Shown here in pieces: positions 10,501 to 23,490 of a stretch of DNA of 64,000 nt. The stretch's first letter is position 1. Each line of letters opens with the position of its first letter. Source of the stretch: Squalus acanthias. Its lineage: Eukaryota. Made by a program: the position numbers and the translations under genes. The stretch lies in contig JASTWF010000088.1 in assembly GCA_030390025.1 (NCBI GenBank), positions 992,001 to 1,056,000 of the forward strand, read 5' to 3'. The notes beneath the pieces are model-generated. The model was not told where the DNA came from. It ran no database searches and was given only the letters and a program-made list of their open reading frames with translations.

Positions 10501-13500
10501 GTTGGATCGGGTGGTGTGAGCGGGATCGGGTTGTGTGAGCGGGATCGTGTGGTGTGAGCGGGATCGGGTGGTGTGAGTGGGATCGGGTGGTGTGAGTGTG
10601 ATCGGTTGGTGTGAGTGGGATCGGGTGGACAGAGCTGGATCGGGTGGTGTGTGTTGAATCGGGAGGTGTGAGTTGGATCGGGTGGTGTGTGTTGATGGGT
10701 GGTGTGAGTTGGATCGGGTGGTGTTGAGTGGATCGGGTGGTGTGAGTGGATCGGGTGGTGTGAGCTGGATCGGGTGGTGTGAGTTGGATAGGGTGGTGTG
10801 GTGGATCGGGTTGTGTGAGCTGGATCGGGTGGTGTGAGTTGGATCCGGGTGGTGTGAGTGGATTCGGGTGGTGTGAGTGGGATCGGGTGGTGTGAGTTGG
10901 ATCGGGTGGTGTGAGTTGGATCGGGTGGTGTGAGTTGGATCGGGTGGTGTGAGTGGATCGGGTGGTGTGAGTTGGATCGGGTGGTGTGAGTTGGATCGGG
11001 TGGTGTGAGTTGGATCGGGTGGTGTGAGCTGGATCGGGTGGTGTGAGCGGGATCGGGTGGTGTGAGTTGGATCGGTGGTGTGTGAGTTGGATCTGGTGGT
11101 GTGAGTTGGATCGGGTGGTGTGTGTTGGATCGGGTGGTGTGAGTTGGATCGGGTGGTGTGAGTTGGATCGGGTGGTGTGAGTGGGATCGGGTGGTGTGAG
11201 TGGGATCGGGTGGTGTGAGTTGGATCGGGTGGTGTGAGTTGGATCGGGTGGTGTGAGTTGGATCGTGTGGTGTGAGTTGGATCGGGTGGTGTGAGTTGGA
11301 TCGGGTGGTGTGAGTTGGATCGGGTGGTGTGAGTTGGATCGGGTGGTGTGAGTTGGATCGTGTGGTGTGAGTTGGATCGGGTGGTGTGAGCTGGATCGGG
11401 TGGTGTGAGTTGGATCGGGTGGTGTGAGTTGGATCGGGTGGTAGTGAGTTGGATCGGGTGGTGTGAGTTGGATCGGGTGGTGTGAGCTGGATCGGGTTGT
11501 GTGAGCGGGATCGGGTGGTGTGAGCTGGATCGGGTGGTGTGAGTTGGATCGGGTGGTGTGAGTTGGATCGGGTGGTGTGAGTTGGATCGGGTGGTGTGAG
11601 TGGGATCGGGTGGTGTGAGTGGGATCGGTGGTGTGAGTGGGATCGGGTGGTGTGAGTTGGATCGGGTGGTGTGAGTTGGATCGGGTGGTGTGAGTTGGAT
11701 CGGGTGGTTTGGGATCGGGTGGTGTGAGTTGGATCGGGTGGTGTGAGTTGGATCGGGTGGTGTGAGTTGGATCGGGTGGTGTGAGTTGGATCGGGTGGTG
11801 TGAGTTGGATCGGGTGGTGTGAGTTGGATCGGGTGGTGTGAGTTGGATCGGGTGGTGTGAGTGGAATCGGGTGGTGTGAGTGGGATCGGGTGGTGTGAGT
11901 TGGATCGGGTGGTGTGAGTTGGATCGGGTGGTGTGAGTTGGATCGGGTGGTGTGAGTGGGATCGGGTGGTGTGAGCTGGATCGGGTGGTGTGAGTGGGAT
12001 CGGGTGGTGTGAGTTGGATCGGGTGGTGTGAGTTGGATCGGGTGGTGTGAGTTGGATCGGGTGGTGTGAGTTGGATCGGGTGGTGTGAGTTGGATCGGGT
12101 GGTGTGAGTTGGATCGGGTGGTGTGAGTTGGATCGGGTGGTGTGAGTTGGATCGGGTGGTGTGAGTGGGATCGGGTGGTGTGAGTTGGATCGGGTGGTGT
12201 GAGTTGGATCGGGTGGTGTGAGTTGGATCGGGTGGTGTGAGTTGGATCGGGTGGACAGAGCTGGATCGGGTGGTGTGTGTTGAATCGGGAGGTGTGAGTT
12301 GGATCGGGTGGTGTGTGTTGAATCGGGTGGTGTGAGCTGGATCGGGTGGTGTGAGCGGGATCGGGTGGTGTGAGTGGGATCGGGTGGTGTGAGTGGGATC
12401 GGGTGGTGTGAGTGTGATCGGTTGGTGTGAGTGGGATCGGGTGGACAGAGCTGGATCGGGTGGTGTGTGTTGAATCGGGAGGTGTGAGTTGGATCGGGTG
12501 GTGTGTGTTGAATCGGGTGGTGTGAGCTGCATCGGGTGGTGTGAGTTGGATCGGGTGGTGTGAGCGGGATCGGGTTGTGTGAGCGGGATCGGGTGGTGTG
12601 AGCGGGATCGGGTGGTGTGAGTTGGATCGGGTGGTGTGAGTTGGATCGGGTGGTGTGAGTTGGATCGGGTGGTGTGAGCGGGATCGGGTGGTGTGAGCGG
12701 GATCGGGTGGTGTGAGTGGGATCGGGTGGTGTGAGTGGGATCGGGTGGTGTGAGTTGGATCGGGTGGTGTGAGTGGGATCGGGTGGTGTGAGCTGGATCG
12801 GGTGGTGTGAGTTGGATCGGGTGGTGTGAGTTGGATCGGGTGGTGTGAGTTGGATCGGGTGGTGTGAGCTGGATCGGGTGGTGTGAGTTGGATCGGGTGG
12901 TGTGAGTGGGATCGGGTGGTGTGAGCGGGATCGGGTGGTGTGAGCGGGATCGGGTGGTGTGAGTTGGATCGGGTGGTGTGAGTTGGATCGGGTGGTGTGA
13001 GTTGGATCGGGTGGTGTGAGTGGATCGGGTGGTGTGAGTGGGATCGGGTGGTGTGAGTGGGATCGGGTGGTGTGAGTGGGATCGGGTGGTGTGAGTTGGA
13101 TCGGGTGGTGTGAGTGGATCGGGTGGTGTGAGTTGGATCGGGTGGTGTGAGTGGGATCGGGTGGTGTGAGTGGGATCGGGTGGTGTGAGTTGGATCGGGT
13201 GGTGTGAGTGGATCGGGTGGTGTGAGTTGGATCGGGTGGTGTGAGCGGGATCGGGTGGTGTGAGTTGGATCGGGTGGTGTGAGTGGGATCGGGTGGTGTG
13301 AGTTGGATCGGGTGGTGTGAGTTGGATCGGGTGGTGTGAGTTGGATCGGGTGGTGTGAGTTGGATCGGGTGGTGTGAGCTGGATCGGGTGGTGTGAGCGG
13401 GATCGGGTGGTGTGAGCGGGATCGGGTGGTGTGAGCGGGATCGGGTGGTGTGAGCGGGATCGGGTGGTGTGAGTTGGATCGGGTGGTGTGAGCTGGATCG

Positions 13501-16500
13501 GGTGGTGTGAGCAGGATCGGGTGGTGTGAGCGGGATCGGGTGGTGTGAGCGGGATCGGGTGGTGTGAGCGGGATTGGGTGGTGTGTGTTGGATCGGGTGG
13601 TGTGAGTGGGATCGGGTGGTGTGAGTTGGATCGGGTGGTGTGAGTGGGATCGGGTGGTGTGAGTTGGATCGGGTGGTGTGATTTGGATCGGGTGGTGTGA
13701 GCTGGATCGCGTGGTGTGAGCGGGATCGGGTGGTGTGAGTTGGATCGGTGGTGTGAGTTTGATCGGGTGGTGTGAGTTGGATCGGGTGGTGTGAGTTGGA
13801 TCGGGTGGTGTGAGTTGGATCGGGTGGTGTGAGTTGGATCGGGTGGTGTGAGTTGGATCGGGTGGTGTGAGCGGGATCGGGTGGTGTGAGCTGGATCGGG
13901 TGGTGTGAGCGGGATCGGGTGGTGTGAGTGGGATCGGGTGGTGTGAGTGGGATCGGGTGGTGTGAGTGTGATCGGTTGGTGTGAGTGGGATCGGGTGGTG
14001 TGAGCTGGATCGGGTGGTGTGTGTTGATCGGGTGGTGTGAGTTGGATCGGGTGGTGTGTGTTGGATCGGGTGGTGTGAGTTGGATCGGGTGGTGTGAGTT
14101 GGATCGGGTGGTGTGAGCGGGATCGGGTGGTGTGAGCTGGGATCGGGTGGTGTGAGTTGGATCGGGTGGTGTGAGTTGGATCGGGTGGTGTGAGTGGGAT
14201 CGGGTGGTGTGAGTGGGATCGGGTGGTGTGAGTTGGATCGGGTGGTGTGAGTTGGATCGGGTGGTGTGAGTTGGATCGTGTGGTGTGAGTTGGATCGGGT
14301 GGTGTGAGTTGGATCGGGTGGTGTGAGCTGGATCGGGTGGTGTGAGCGGGATCGGGTGGTGTGAGTTGGATCGGATGGTGTGAGTTTGATCGGGTGGTGT
14401 GAGTTGGATCGGGTGGTGTGTGTTGGATCGGGTGGTGTGAGTTGGATCGGGTGGTGTGAGTTGGATCGGGTGGTGTGAGTGGGATCGGGTGGTGTGAGTG
14501 GGATCGGGTGGTGTGAGTTGGATCGGGTGGTGTGAGTTGGATCGGGTGGTGTGAGTTGGATCGGGTGGTGTGAGTTGGATCGGGTGGTGTGAGTTGGATC
14601 GGGTGGTGTGAGTTGGATCGGGTGGTGTGAGTTGGATCGGGTGGTGTGAGTTGGATCGTGTGGTGTGAGTTGGATCGGGTGGTGTGAGCTGGATCGGGTG
14701 GTGTGAGTTGGATCGGGTGGTGTGAGTTGGATCGGGTGGTGTGAGTTGGATCGGGTGGTGTGAGTTGGATCGGGTGGTGTGAGTTGGATCGGGTGGTGTG
14801 AGTTGGATCGGGTGGTGTGAGTGGGATCGGGTGGTGTGAGTGGGATCGGGTGGTGTGAGTTGGATCGGGTGGTGTGAGTGGATCGGGTGGTGTGAGTGGG
14901 ATCGGGTGGTGTGAGTTGGATCGGGTGGTGTGAGTTGGATCGGGTGGTGTGAGTTGGATCGGGTGGTGTGAGTTGGATCGGGTGGTGTGAGTGGGATCGG
15001 GTGGTGTGAGTTGGATCGGGTGGTGTGAGTTGGATCGGGTGGTGTGAGTGGATCGGGTGGTGTGAGTTGGATCGGGTGGTGTGAGTTGGATCGGGTGGTG
15101 TGAGTTGGATCGGGTGGTGTGAGTTGGATCGGGTGGTGTGAGTTGGATCGGGTGGTGTGAGTTGGATCGGGTGGTGTGAGTGGAATCGGGTGGTGTGAGT
15201 TGGATCGGGTGGTGTGAGTTGGATCGGGTGGTGTGAGTTGGATCGGGTGGTGTGAGCGGGATCGGGTGGTGTGAGTTGGATCGGGTGGTGTGAGTTGGAT
15301 CGGGTGGTGTGAGTGGGATCGGGTGGTGTGAGTTGGATCGGGTGGTGTGAGTTGGATCGGGTGGTGTGAGTTGGATCGGGTGGTGTGAGTTGGATCGGGT
15401 GGTGTGAGTTGGATCGGGTGGTGTGTGTTGGATCGGGTGGTGTGAGTTGGATCGGGTGGTGTGAGTGGGATCGGGTGGTGTGAGTGGGATCGGGTGGTGT
15501 GAGTTGGATCGGGTGGTGTGAGTTGGATCGGGTGGTGTGAGTGGGATCGGGTGGTGTGAGTTGGATCGGGTGGTGTGAGTGGATCGGGTGGTGTGAGTGG
15601 ATCGGGTGGTGTGAGTGGGATCGGGTGGTGTGAGTGGATCGGGTGGTGTGAGTTGGATCGGGTGGTGCTGAGTTGGATCGGGTGGTGTGAGTTGGATCGG
15701 GTGGTGTGAGTTGGATCGGGTGGTGTGAGTTGGATCGGGTGGTGTGAGTTGGATCGGGTGGTGTGAGTTGGATCGGGTGGTGTGAGTTGGATCGGGTGGT
15801 GTGAGTTGGATCGGGTGGTGTGAGTTGGATCGGGTGGTGTGAGTTGGATCGGGTGGTGTGAGTTGGATCGGGTGGTGTGAGTTGGATCGGGTGGTGTGAG
15901 TGGATCGGGTGGTGTGAGTTGGATCGGGTGGTGTGAGTTGGATCGGGTGGTGTGAGTTGGATCGGGTGGTGTGAGTGGGATCGGGTGGTGTGAGTTGGAT
16001 CGGGTGGTGTGAGTTGGATCGGGTGGTGTGAGTGGGATCGGGTGGTGTGAGTTGGATCGGTGGTGTGAGTGGATCGGGTGGTGTGAGTTGGATCGGGTGG
16101 TGTGTGTGGGATCGGGTGGTGTGAGTTGGATCGGGTGGTGTGAGTTGGATCGGTGGTGTGAGTTGGATCGGGTGGTGTGAGTTGGATCGGGTGGTGTGAG
16201 TTGGATCGGTGGTGTGAGTTGGATCGGGTGGTGTGAGTGGATCGGGTGGTGTGAGTGGGATCGGGTGGTGTGAGTTGGATCGGGTGGTGTGAGTTGGATC
16301 GGGTGGTGTGAGTGGGATCGGGTGGTGTGTGTTGGATCGGGTGGTGTGAGTTGGATCGGGTGGTGTGAGTTGGATCGGGTGGTGTGAGTTGGATCGGGTG
16401 GTGTGAGTTGGATCGGGTGGTGTGAGTTGGATCGGGTGGTGTGAGTGTTGGATCGGGTGGTGTGAGTTGGATCGGGTGGTGTGAGTGGGATCGGGTGGTG

Positions 16501-19500
16501 TGAGTTGGATCGGGTGGTGTGAGTGGGATCGGTGGTGTGAGTTGGATCGGGTGGTGTGAGTTGGAGTGGGATCGGGTGGTGTGAGTTGGATCGGGTGGTG
16601 TGATGATCGGGTGGTGTGAGTGATCGGGTGGTGTGAGCGGGATCGGGTGGTGTGAGTGGATCGGGTGGTTTGGGATCGGGTGGTGTGAGTTGGATCGGGT
16701 GGTGTGAGTTGGATCGGGTGGTGTGAGTTGGATCGGGTGGTGTGAGTTGGATCGGGTGGTGTGAGTGGGATCGGGTGGTGTGAGTTGGATCGGGTGGTGT
16801 GAGTTGGATCGGGTGGTGTGAGTTGGATCGGGTGGTGTTGGATCGGTGGTGTGAGTTGGATCGGGTGGTGTGAGTTGGATCGGGTGGTGTGAGTTGGATC
16901 GGGTGGTGTGAGTTGGATCGGGTGGTGTGAGTTGGATCGGGTGGTGTGAGTTGGATCGGGTGGTGTGAGTTGGATCGGGTGGTGTGAGTTGGATCGGGTG
17001 GTGTGAGTTGGATCGGGTGGTGTGTGTGGGATCGGTGGTGTGAGTTGGATCGGGTGGTGTGAGTTGGATCGGGTGGTGTGAGTTGGATCGGGTGGTGTGA
17101 GTGGGATCGGGTGGTGTGAGCGGGATCGGGTGGTGTGAGTTGGATCGGATAGTGTGAGTTTGATCGGGTGGTGTGAGTTGGATCGGGTGGTGTGAGTTGA
17201 TTCGGGTGGTGTGAGTTGGATCGGGTGGTGTGAGTTGGATCGGGTGGTGTGAGTTGGATCGGGTGGTGTGAGCGGGATCGGGTGGTGTGAGCGGGATCGG
17301 GTGGTGTGAGTGGGATCGGGTGGTGTGAGTGGGATCGGGTGGTGTGAGTGTGATCGGTTGGTGTGAGTGGGATCGGGTGGACAGAGCTGGATCGGGTGGT
17401 GTGTGTTGAATCGGGAGGTGTGAGTTGGATCGGGTGGTGTGTGTTGAATCGGGTGGTGTGAGCTGGATCGGGTGGTGTGAGCGGGATCGGGTGGTGTGAG
17501 TGGGATCGGGTGGTGTGAGTGGGATCGGGTGGTGTGAGTGTGATCGGTTGGTGTGAGTGGGATCGGGTGGACAGAGCTGGATCGGGTGGTGTGTGTTGAA
17601 TCGGGAGGTGTGAGTTGGATCGGGTGGTGTGTGTTGAATCGGGTGGTGTGAGCTGCATCGGGTGGTGTGAGTTGGATCGGGTGGTGTGAGCGGGATCGGG
17701 TTGTGTGAGCGGGATCGGGTGGTGTGAGCGGGATCGGGTGGTGTGAGTTGGATCGGGTGGTGTGAGTTGGATCGGGTGGTGTGAGTTGGATCGGGTGGTG
17801 TGAGCGGGATCGGGTGGTGTGAGCGGGATCGGGTGGTGTGAGTGGGATCGGGTGGTGTGAGTGGGATCGGGTGGTGTGAGTGTGATCGGTTGGTGTGAGT
17901 GGGATCGGGTGGACAGAGCTGGATCGGGTGGTGTGTGTTGATCGGGAGGTGTGAGTTGGATCGGGTGGTGTGTGTTGAATCGGGTGGTGTGAGCTGGATC
18001 GGGTGGTGTGAGTTGGATCGGGTGGTGTGAGCGGGATCGGGTTGTGTGAGCGGGATCGGGTGGTGTGAGCGGGATCGGGTGGTGTGAGTTGGATCGGGTG
18101 GTGTGAGTTGGATCGGGTGGTGTGAGTTGGATCGGGTGGTGTGAGTGGGATCGGGTGGTGTGAGCGGGATCGGGTGGTGTGAGTGGGATCGGGTGGTGTG
18201 AGTGGGATCGGGTGGTGTGAGTTGGATCGGCTGGTGTGAGCTGGATCGGGTGGTGTGAGTTGGATCGGGTGGTGTGAGTGGGATCGGGTGGTGTGTGTGG
18301 GATCGGGTGGTGTGAGTTGGATCGGGTGGTGTGAGTGGGATCGGGTGGTGTGAGTTGGATCGGGTGGTGTGAGCGGGATCGAGTGGTGTGAGTTGGATCG
18401 GGTGGTGTGAGGGGGATCGGGTGGTGTGAGTTGGATCGGGTGGTGTGATGGGGATCGGGTGGTGTGAGTTGGATCGGGTGGTGTGAGTTGGATCGGGTGG
18501 TGTGAGCTGGATCGGGTGGTGTGAGCTGGATCAGGTGGTGTGTGTTGGATCGGGTGGTGTGAGTGGGATCGGGTGGTGTGAGTTGGATCGGGTGGTGTGA
18601 GTTGGATCGGGTGGTGTGAGTTGGATCGGGTGGTGTGAGCTGGATCGGGTGGTGTGAGCGGGATCGGGTGGTGTGAGCGGGATCGGGTGGTGTGAGCGGG
18701 ATCGGGTGGTGTGAGCGGGATTGGGTGGTGTGAGTTGGATCGGGTGGTGTGAGCTGGATCGGGTGGTGTGAGCAGGATCGGGTGGTGTGAGCGGGATCGG
18801 GTGGTGTGAGCGGGATCGGGTGGTGTGAGCGGGATTGGGTGGTGTGTGTTGGATCGGGTGGTGTGAGTGGGATCGGGTGGTGTGAGTTGGATCGGGTGGT
18901 GTGAGTGGGATCGGGTTGTGTGAGTTGGATCGGTTGGTGTGAGTTGGATCGGGTGGTGTGAGCTGGATCGGGTGGTGTGAGCGGGAACGGGTGGTGTGAT
19001 TTGGATCGGTTGGTGTGAGCGGGATCGGGTGGTGTGAGTTGGATCGGGTGGTGTGAGCGGGATCGGGTGGTGTGAGTGGGATCGGGCGGTGTGAGTTGGA
19101 TCGGGCGGTGTTAGTTGGATCGGGTGGTGTGAGCGGGATCGGGTGGTGTGAGCGGGAACGGGTGGTGTGATTTGGATCGGTTGGTGTGAGCGGGATCGGG
19201 TGGTGTGAGTTGGATCGTGTGGTGTGAGTTGGATCGGGTGTTGTGAGTGGGATCGGGTGGTGTGAGTGGGATCGTGTGGTGTGAGTTGGATCGGGTGGTG
19301 TGAGTTGGATCGGGTGGTGTGAGTTGGATCGGATGGTGTGAGTTGGATCGGGTGGTGTGAGCGGGATCGTGTGGTGTGAGTTGGATCGGGTGGTGTGAGC
19401 TGGATCGGGTGGTGTGAGTTGGATCGGATGGTGTGAGTTGGATCGGGTGGTGTGAGCGGGATCGTGTGGTGTGAGTTGGATCGGGTGGTGTGAGCTGGAT

Positions 19501-22500
19501 CGGGTGGTGTGAGCTGGATCGGGTGGTGTGAGTTGGATCGGGTGGTGTGAGTTGGATCGGGTGGTGTGAGTTGGATCGGGTGGTGTGAGTTGGATCGGGT
19601 GGTGTGAGTTAGATCGGGTGGTGTGAGTTGGATCGCGTGGTGTGAGCGGGATCGGGTGGCTTGAGTTGGATCTGGTGGTGTGAGTTGGATCGGGTGGTGT
19701 GAGTTGGATCGGGTGGTGTGAGTTGGATCGGGTGGTGTGAGCGGGATCGGGTGGTGTGAGTTGGATCGGGTGCTGTGAGTTGGATCGGGTGGTGTGAGTT
19801 GGATCGGGTGGTGTGAGTTGGATCAAGTGGTGTGAGTGGGATCGGGTGGTGTGAGTGGGATCGGATGGTGTGAGTAGGATCGGGTGGTGTGAGTGGGATC
19901 GGGTGGTGTGAGTTGGATCGGGTGGTGTGAGTTGGATCGCGTGGTGTGAGCTGGATCGGGTGATGTGAGTTGGATCGGGTGGTGTGAGTTGGATCGGGTG
20001 CTGTGAGTGTGATCGGGTGGTGTGAGTTGGATCGGGTGGTGTGAGCTGGATCGGGTGCTGTGAGTGGGATCGGGTGGTGTGAGCTGGATCGGGTGGTGTG
20101 AGTTGGATCGGGTGGTGTGATTTGGATCGGGTGGTGTGAGTTGGATCGGGTGGTGTGAGTTGGATCGGGTGGTGTGAGTTGGATCGGGTGGTGTGAGTTG
20201 GATCGGGTGGTGTGAGCTGGATCGGGTGGTGTGAGTGGGATCGGGTGGTGTGAGTGGGATCGGGTGGTGTGAGTGGGAGCGGGTGGTGTGAGTTGGATCG
20301 GGTGGTGTGAGTTGGATCGGGTGGTGTGAGTTGGATCGGGTGGTGTGAGTGGGATCGGGTGGTGTGAGCTGGATCGGGTGGTGTGAGCGGGATCGGGTGG
20401 TGTGAGTTGGATTGGGTGGTGTGAGTTGGATCGGGTGGTGTGAGCTGGATCGGGTGGTGTAAGCGGGATCGGGTGGTGTGAGTTGGATCGGGTGTTGTGA
20501 GTTGGATCGGGTGGTGCGAGTTTGATCGGGTGGTGTGATTTGGATCGGGTGGTGTTAGTTGGATCGGGTGGTGTGTGTTGGATCGTTTGGTGTGAGCGGG
20601 ATCGGGTGGTGTGAGTTGGATCGGGTGGTGTGAGTTGGATCGGGTGGTGTGAGTTGGATCGGGTGGTGTGAGTTGGATCGGGTGGTGTGAGTTGGATCGG
20701 GTGGTGTGAGTGTGATCGGGTGGTGTGAGTTGGATCGGGTCGTGTGAGTTGGATCGGGTGCTGTGAGTGGGATCGGGTGGTGTGAGTGGGATTGGGTGGT
20801 GTGAGTGGGATCGGGTGGTGTGAGTTGGATCGGGTGGTGTGTGTTGGATCGGGTGGTGTGAGTTGGATCGGGTGGTGTGTGTTGGATCGGGTGGTGTGAG
20901 TTGGATCGGGTGGTGTGAGGTGGATCGGGTGGTGTGAGCGGGATCGGGTGGTGTGAGCGGGATCGGGTGGTGTGAGCGGGATCGGGTGGTGTGAGCGGGA
21001 TCGGGTGGTGTGAGCGGGATCGGGTGGTGTGAGTGGGATCGGGTGGTGTGAGTTGGATCGGGTGGTGTGAGCGGGATCGGGTGGTGTGAGTTGGATCGGG
21101 TGGTGTGAGTGGGATCGGGTGGTGTGAGTTGGATCGGTTGGTGTGAGTTGGATCGGGTGGTGTGAGCTGGATCGGGTGGTGTGAGCGGGAACGGGTGGTG
21201 TGATTTGGATCGGTTGGTGTGAGCGGGATCGGGTGGTGTGAGTTGGATCGGGTGGTGTGAGCGGGATCGGGTGGTGTGAGTGGGATCGGGCGGTGTGAGT
21301 TGGATCGGGCGGTGTTAGTTGGATCGGGTGGTGTGAGGGGGATCGGGTGGTGTGAGCGGGAACGGGCGGTGTGATTTTGATCGTTGGTGTGAGCGGGATC
21401 GGGTGGTGTGAGTTGGATCGGGAGGTGTGAGCGGGATCGGGTGGTGTGAGCGGGATCGGGTGGTGTGAGTGGGATCGGGTGGTGTGAGTTGGATCGGGTG
21501 GTGTGAGTGGGATCGGGTGCTGTGAGTGGGATCGGGTGGTGTGAGTTGGATCGGGTGGTGTGAGTTGGATCGGGTGGTGTGAGTTGGATCGGGTGTTGTG
21601 AGTTGGATCGGGTGGTGTGAGCGGGATCGGGTGGTGTGAGTTGGATCGGGTGGTGTGAGCGGGATCGGGTGGTGTGAGTTGGATCGTGTGGTTTGAGTTG
21701 GATCGGGTGGTGTGAGTTGGATCGGGTGGTGTGAGCGGGATCGGGTGGTCTGAGCGGGATCGTGTGGTGTGAGTTGGATCGGGTGGTGTGAGTTGGATCG
21801 GGTGGTGTGAGTTGGATCGGGTGGTGTGAGTTGGATCGGGTGGTGTGAGTTGGATCGCGTGGTGTGAGCGGGATCGGGTGGTGTCAGTTGGATCGGGTGG
21901 TGTGAGTTGGATCGGGTGGTGTGAGTGGGATCGGGTGGTGTGAGTTGTATCGGGTGGTGTGAGCGGGATCGGGAGGTGTGAGCTGGATCGGGTGGTGTGA
22001 GTTGGATCGGGTGGTGTGAGTTGGATCGGGTGGTGTGAGCGGGATCAGGTGGTGTGACTTGGATCGGGTGGTGTGAGTTGGATCGGGTGGTGTGAGTGGG
22101 ATCGGGTGGTGTGAGCGGGATCGGGTGGTGTGAGCTGGATCGGGTGGTGTGAGCTGGATCGGGTGGTGTGAGTGGGATCGGGTGGTGTGAGCGGGATCGG
22201 GTGGTGTGAGTTGGATCGGGTGGTGTGAGTGGGAACGGGTGGTGTGAGTGGGATCGGGTGGTGTGAGTGGGATCGGGTGGTGTGAGTGGGATCGGGTGGT
22301 GTGAGTTGGATCGGGTGGTGTGAGTTGGATCGGTTCGTGTGAGTTGGATCGGGTGGTGTGAGTTGGATCGGGTGGTGTGAGTTGGATCGGGTGGTGTGTG
22401 TTGGATGGGGTGGTGTGAGTTGGATCGGGTGGTGTGAGTTGGATCGGGTGGTGTGAGTTGGATCGGGTGCTGTGAGCTTGATCGGGTGGTGTGAGTTGGA

Positions 22501-23005
22501 TCGCGTGGTGTGAGTTGGATCGGGTGGTGTGAGTTGGATCGGGTGGTGTGAGTGGGATCGGGTGGTGTGAGTGGGATCGGGTGGTGTGAGTTGGATCGGG
22601 TGGTGTGAGTTGGATCGGGTGGTGTGAGTTGGATCGGGTGGTGTGAGTTGGATCGGGTGGTGTGAGTTGGATCGGGTGGTGTGAGTTGGATCTTGTGGTG
22701 TGAGTTGGATCGGGTGGTGTGTGATGGATCGGGTGGTGTGAGTGGGATCGGGTGGTGTGAGTGGGATCGAGTGGTGTGAGTTGGATCGGGTGGTGTGAGT
22801 GGGATCGGGTGATGTGAGTGGGATCGGGCGGTGTGACTTGGATCGGGTGGTGTGAGTTGGATCGGTTCGTGTGAGTTGGATCGAGTGCTGTGAGTTGGAT
22901 CGGGTGGTGTGAGTTGGATCGGGTGGTGCGAGTTGGATCGGGTGGTGTGTGTTGGATGGGGTGGTGTGAGTTGGATCGGGTGGTGTGAGTTGGATCGGGT
23001 GGTGT
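7566..23005. repeat. 19-bp G-rich satellite, left arm (consensus GGATCGGGTGGTGTGAG[T/C][T/G]), about 810 units by length
   Basis: Continuous tandem array; plus strand almost only G/T; one GATC and one CpG per unit. Confidence 0.98.
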
Positions 23006-23281
23006 AACAGCGGCGAGGCGGCGGCGGTAAAAGGCGGCAGCGACCAGGTAGGCCCACAGAGGCGGCGGACCTGGGTGGAGCAACAGCGGCGAGGCGGCGG
23101 CGGTAAAAGGCGGCAGCGACCAGGTAGGCCCACAGAGGCGGCGGACCTGGGTGGAGCAACAGCGGCGAGGCGGCGGCGGTAAAAGGCGGCAGCGACCAGG
23201 TAGGCCCACAGAGGCGGCGGACCTGGGTGGAGCAACAGCGGCGAGGCGGCGGCGGTAAAAGGCGGCAGCGACCAGGTAGGC
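23006..23281 (+). repeat. 3.6 identical 76-bp GC-rich monomers forming the CR1 5' end
   Basis: Unit AACAGCGGCGAGG...CCTGGGTGGAGC starts at 23006, 23082, 23158 and 23234 (partial). Confidence 0.95.
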
Positions 23282-23490
23282 TTTCACCAAGCCGAGAGCA
23301 GGAGAGAGGTAAAAAATAATCGAAGTGTGACGTCACCAGAAAGCAGGTAAGTGATTGGTTGGTGAGTATTTCTCTTTTTTTTTATACAAAACTTCAATTT
23401 TATTGTTTCTCGGGTATCTGTGGTGTAGCAGAGACTGCTGGCATAAATTAACTGAAGGGTAAATAATACATTTTTAATTAATTACATAGA

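Noticed and set aside
23006-23281. 76-bp repeats (and the 44-bp array) as possible CRISPR arrays
   Set aside because: Head-to-tail repeats with no unique spacers, no cas genes, vertebrate context.
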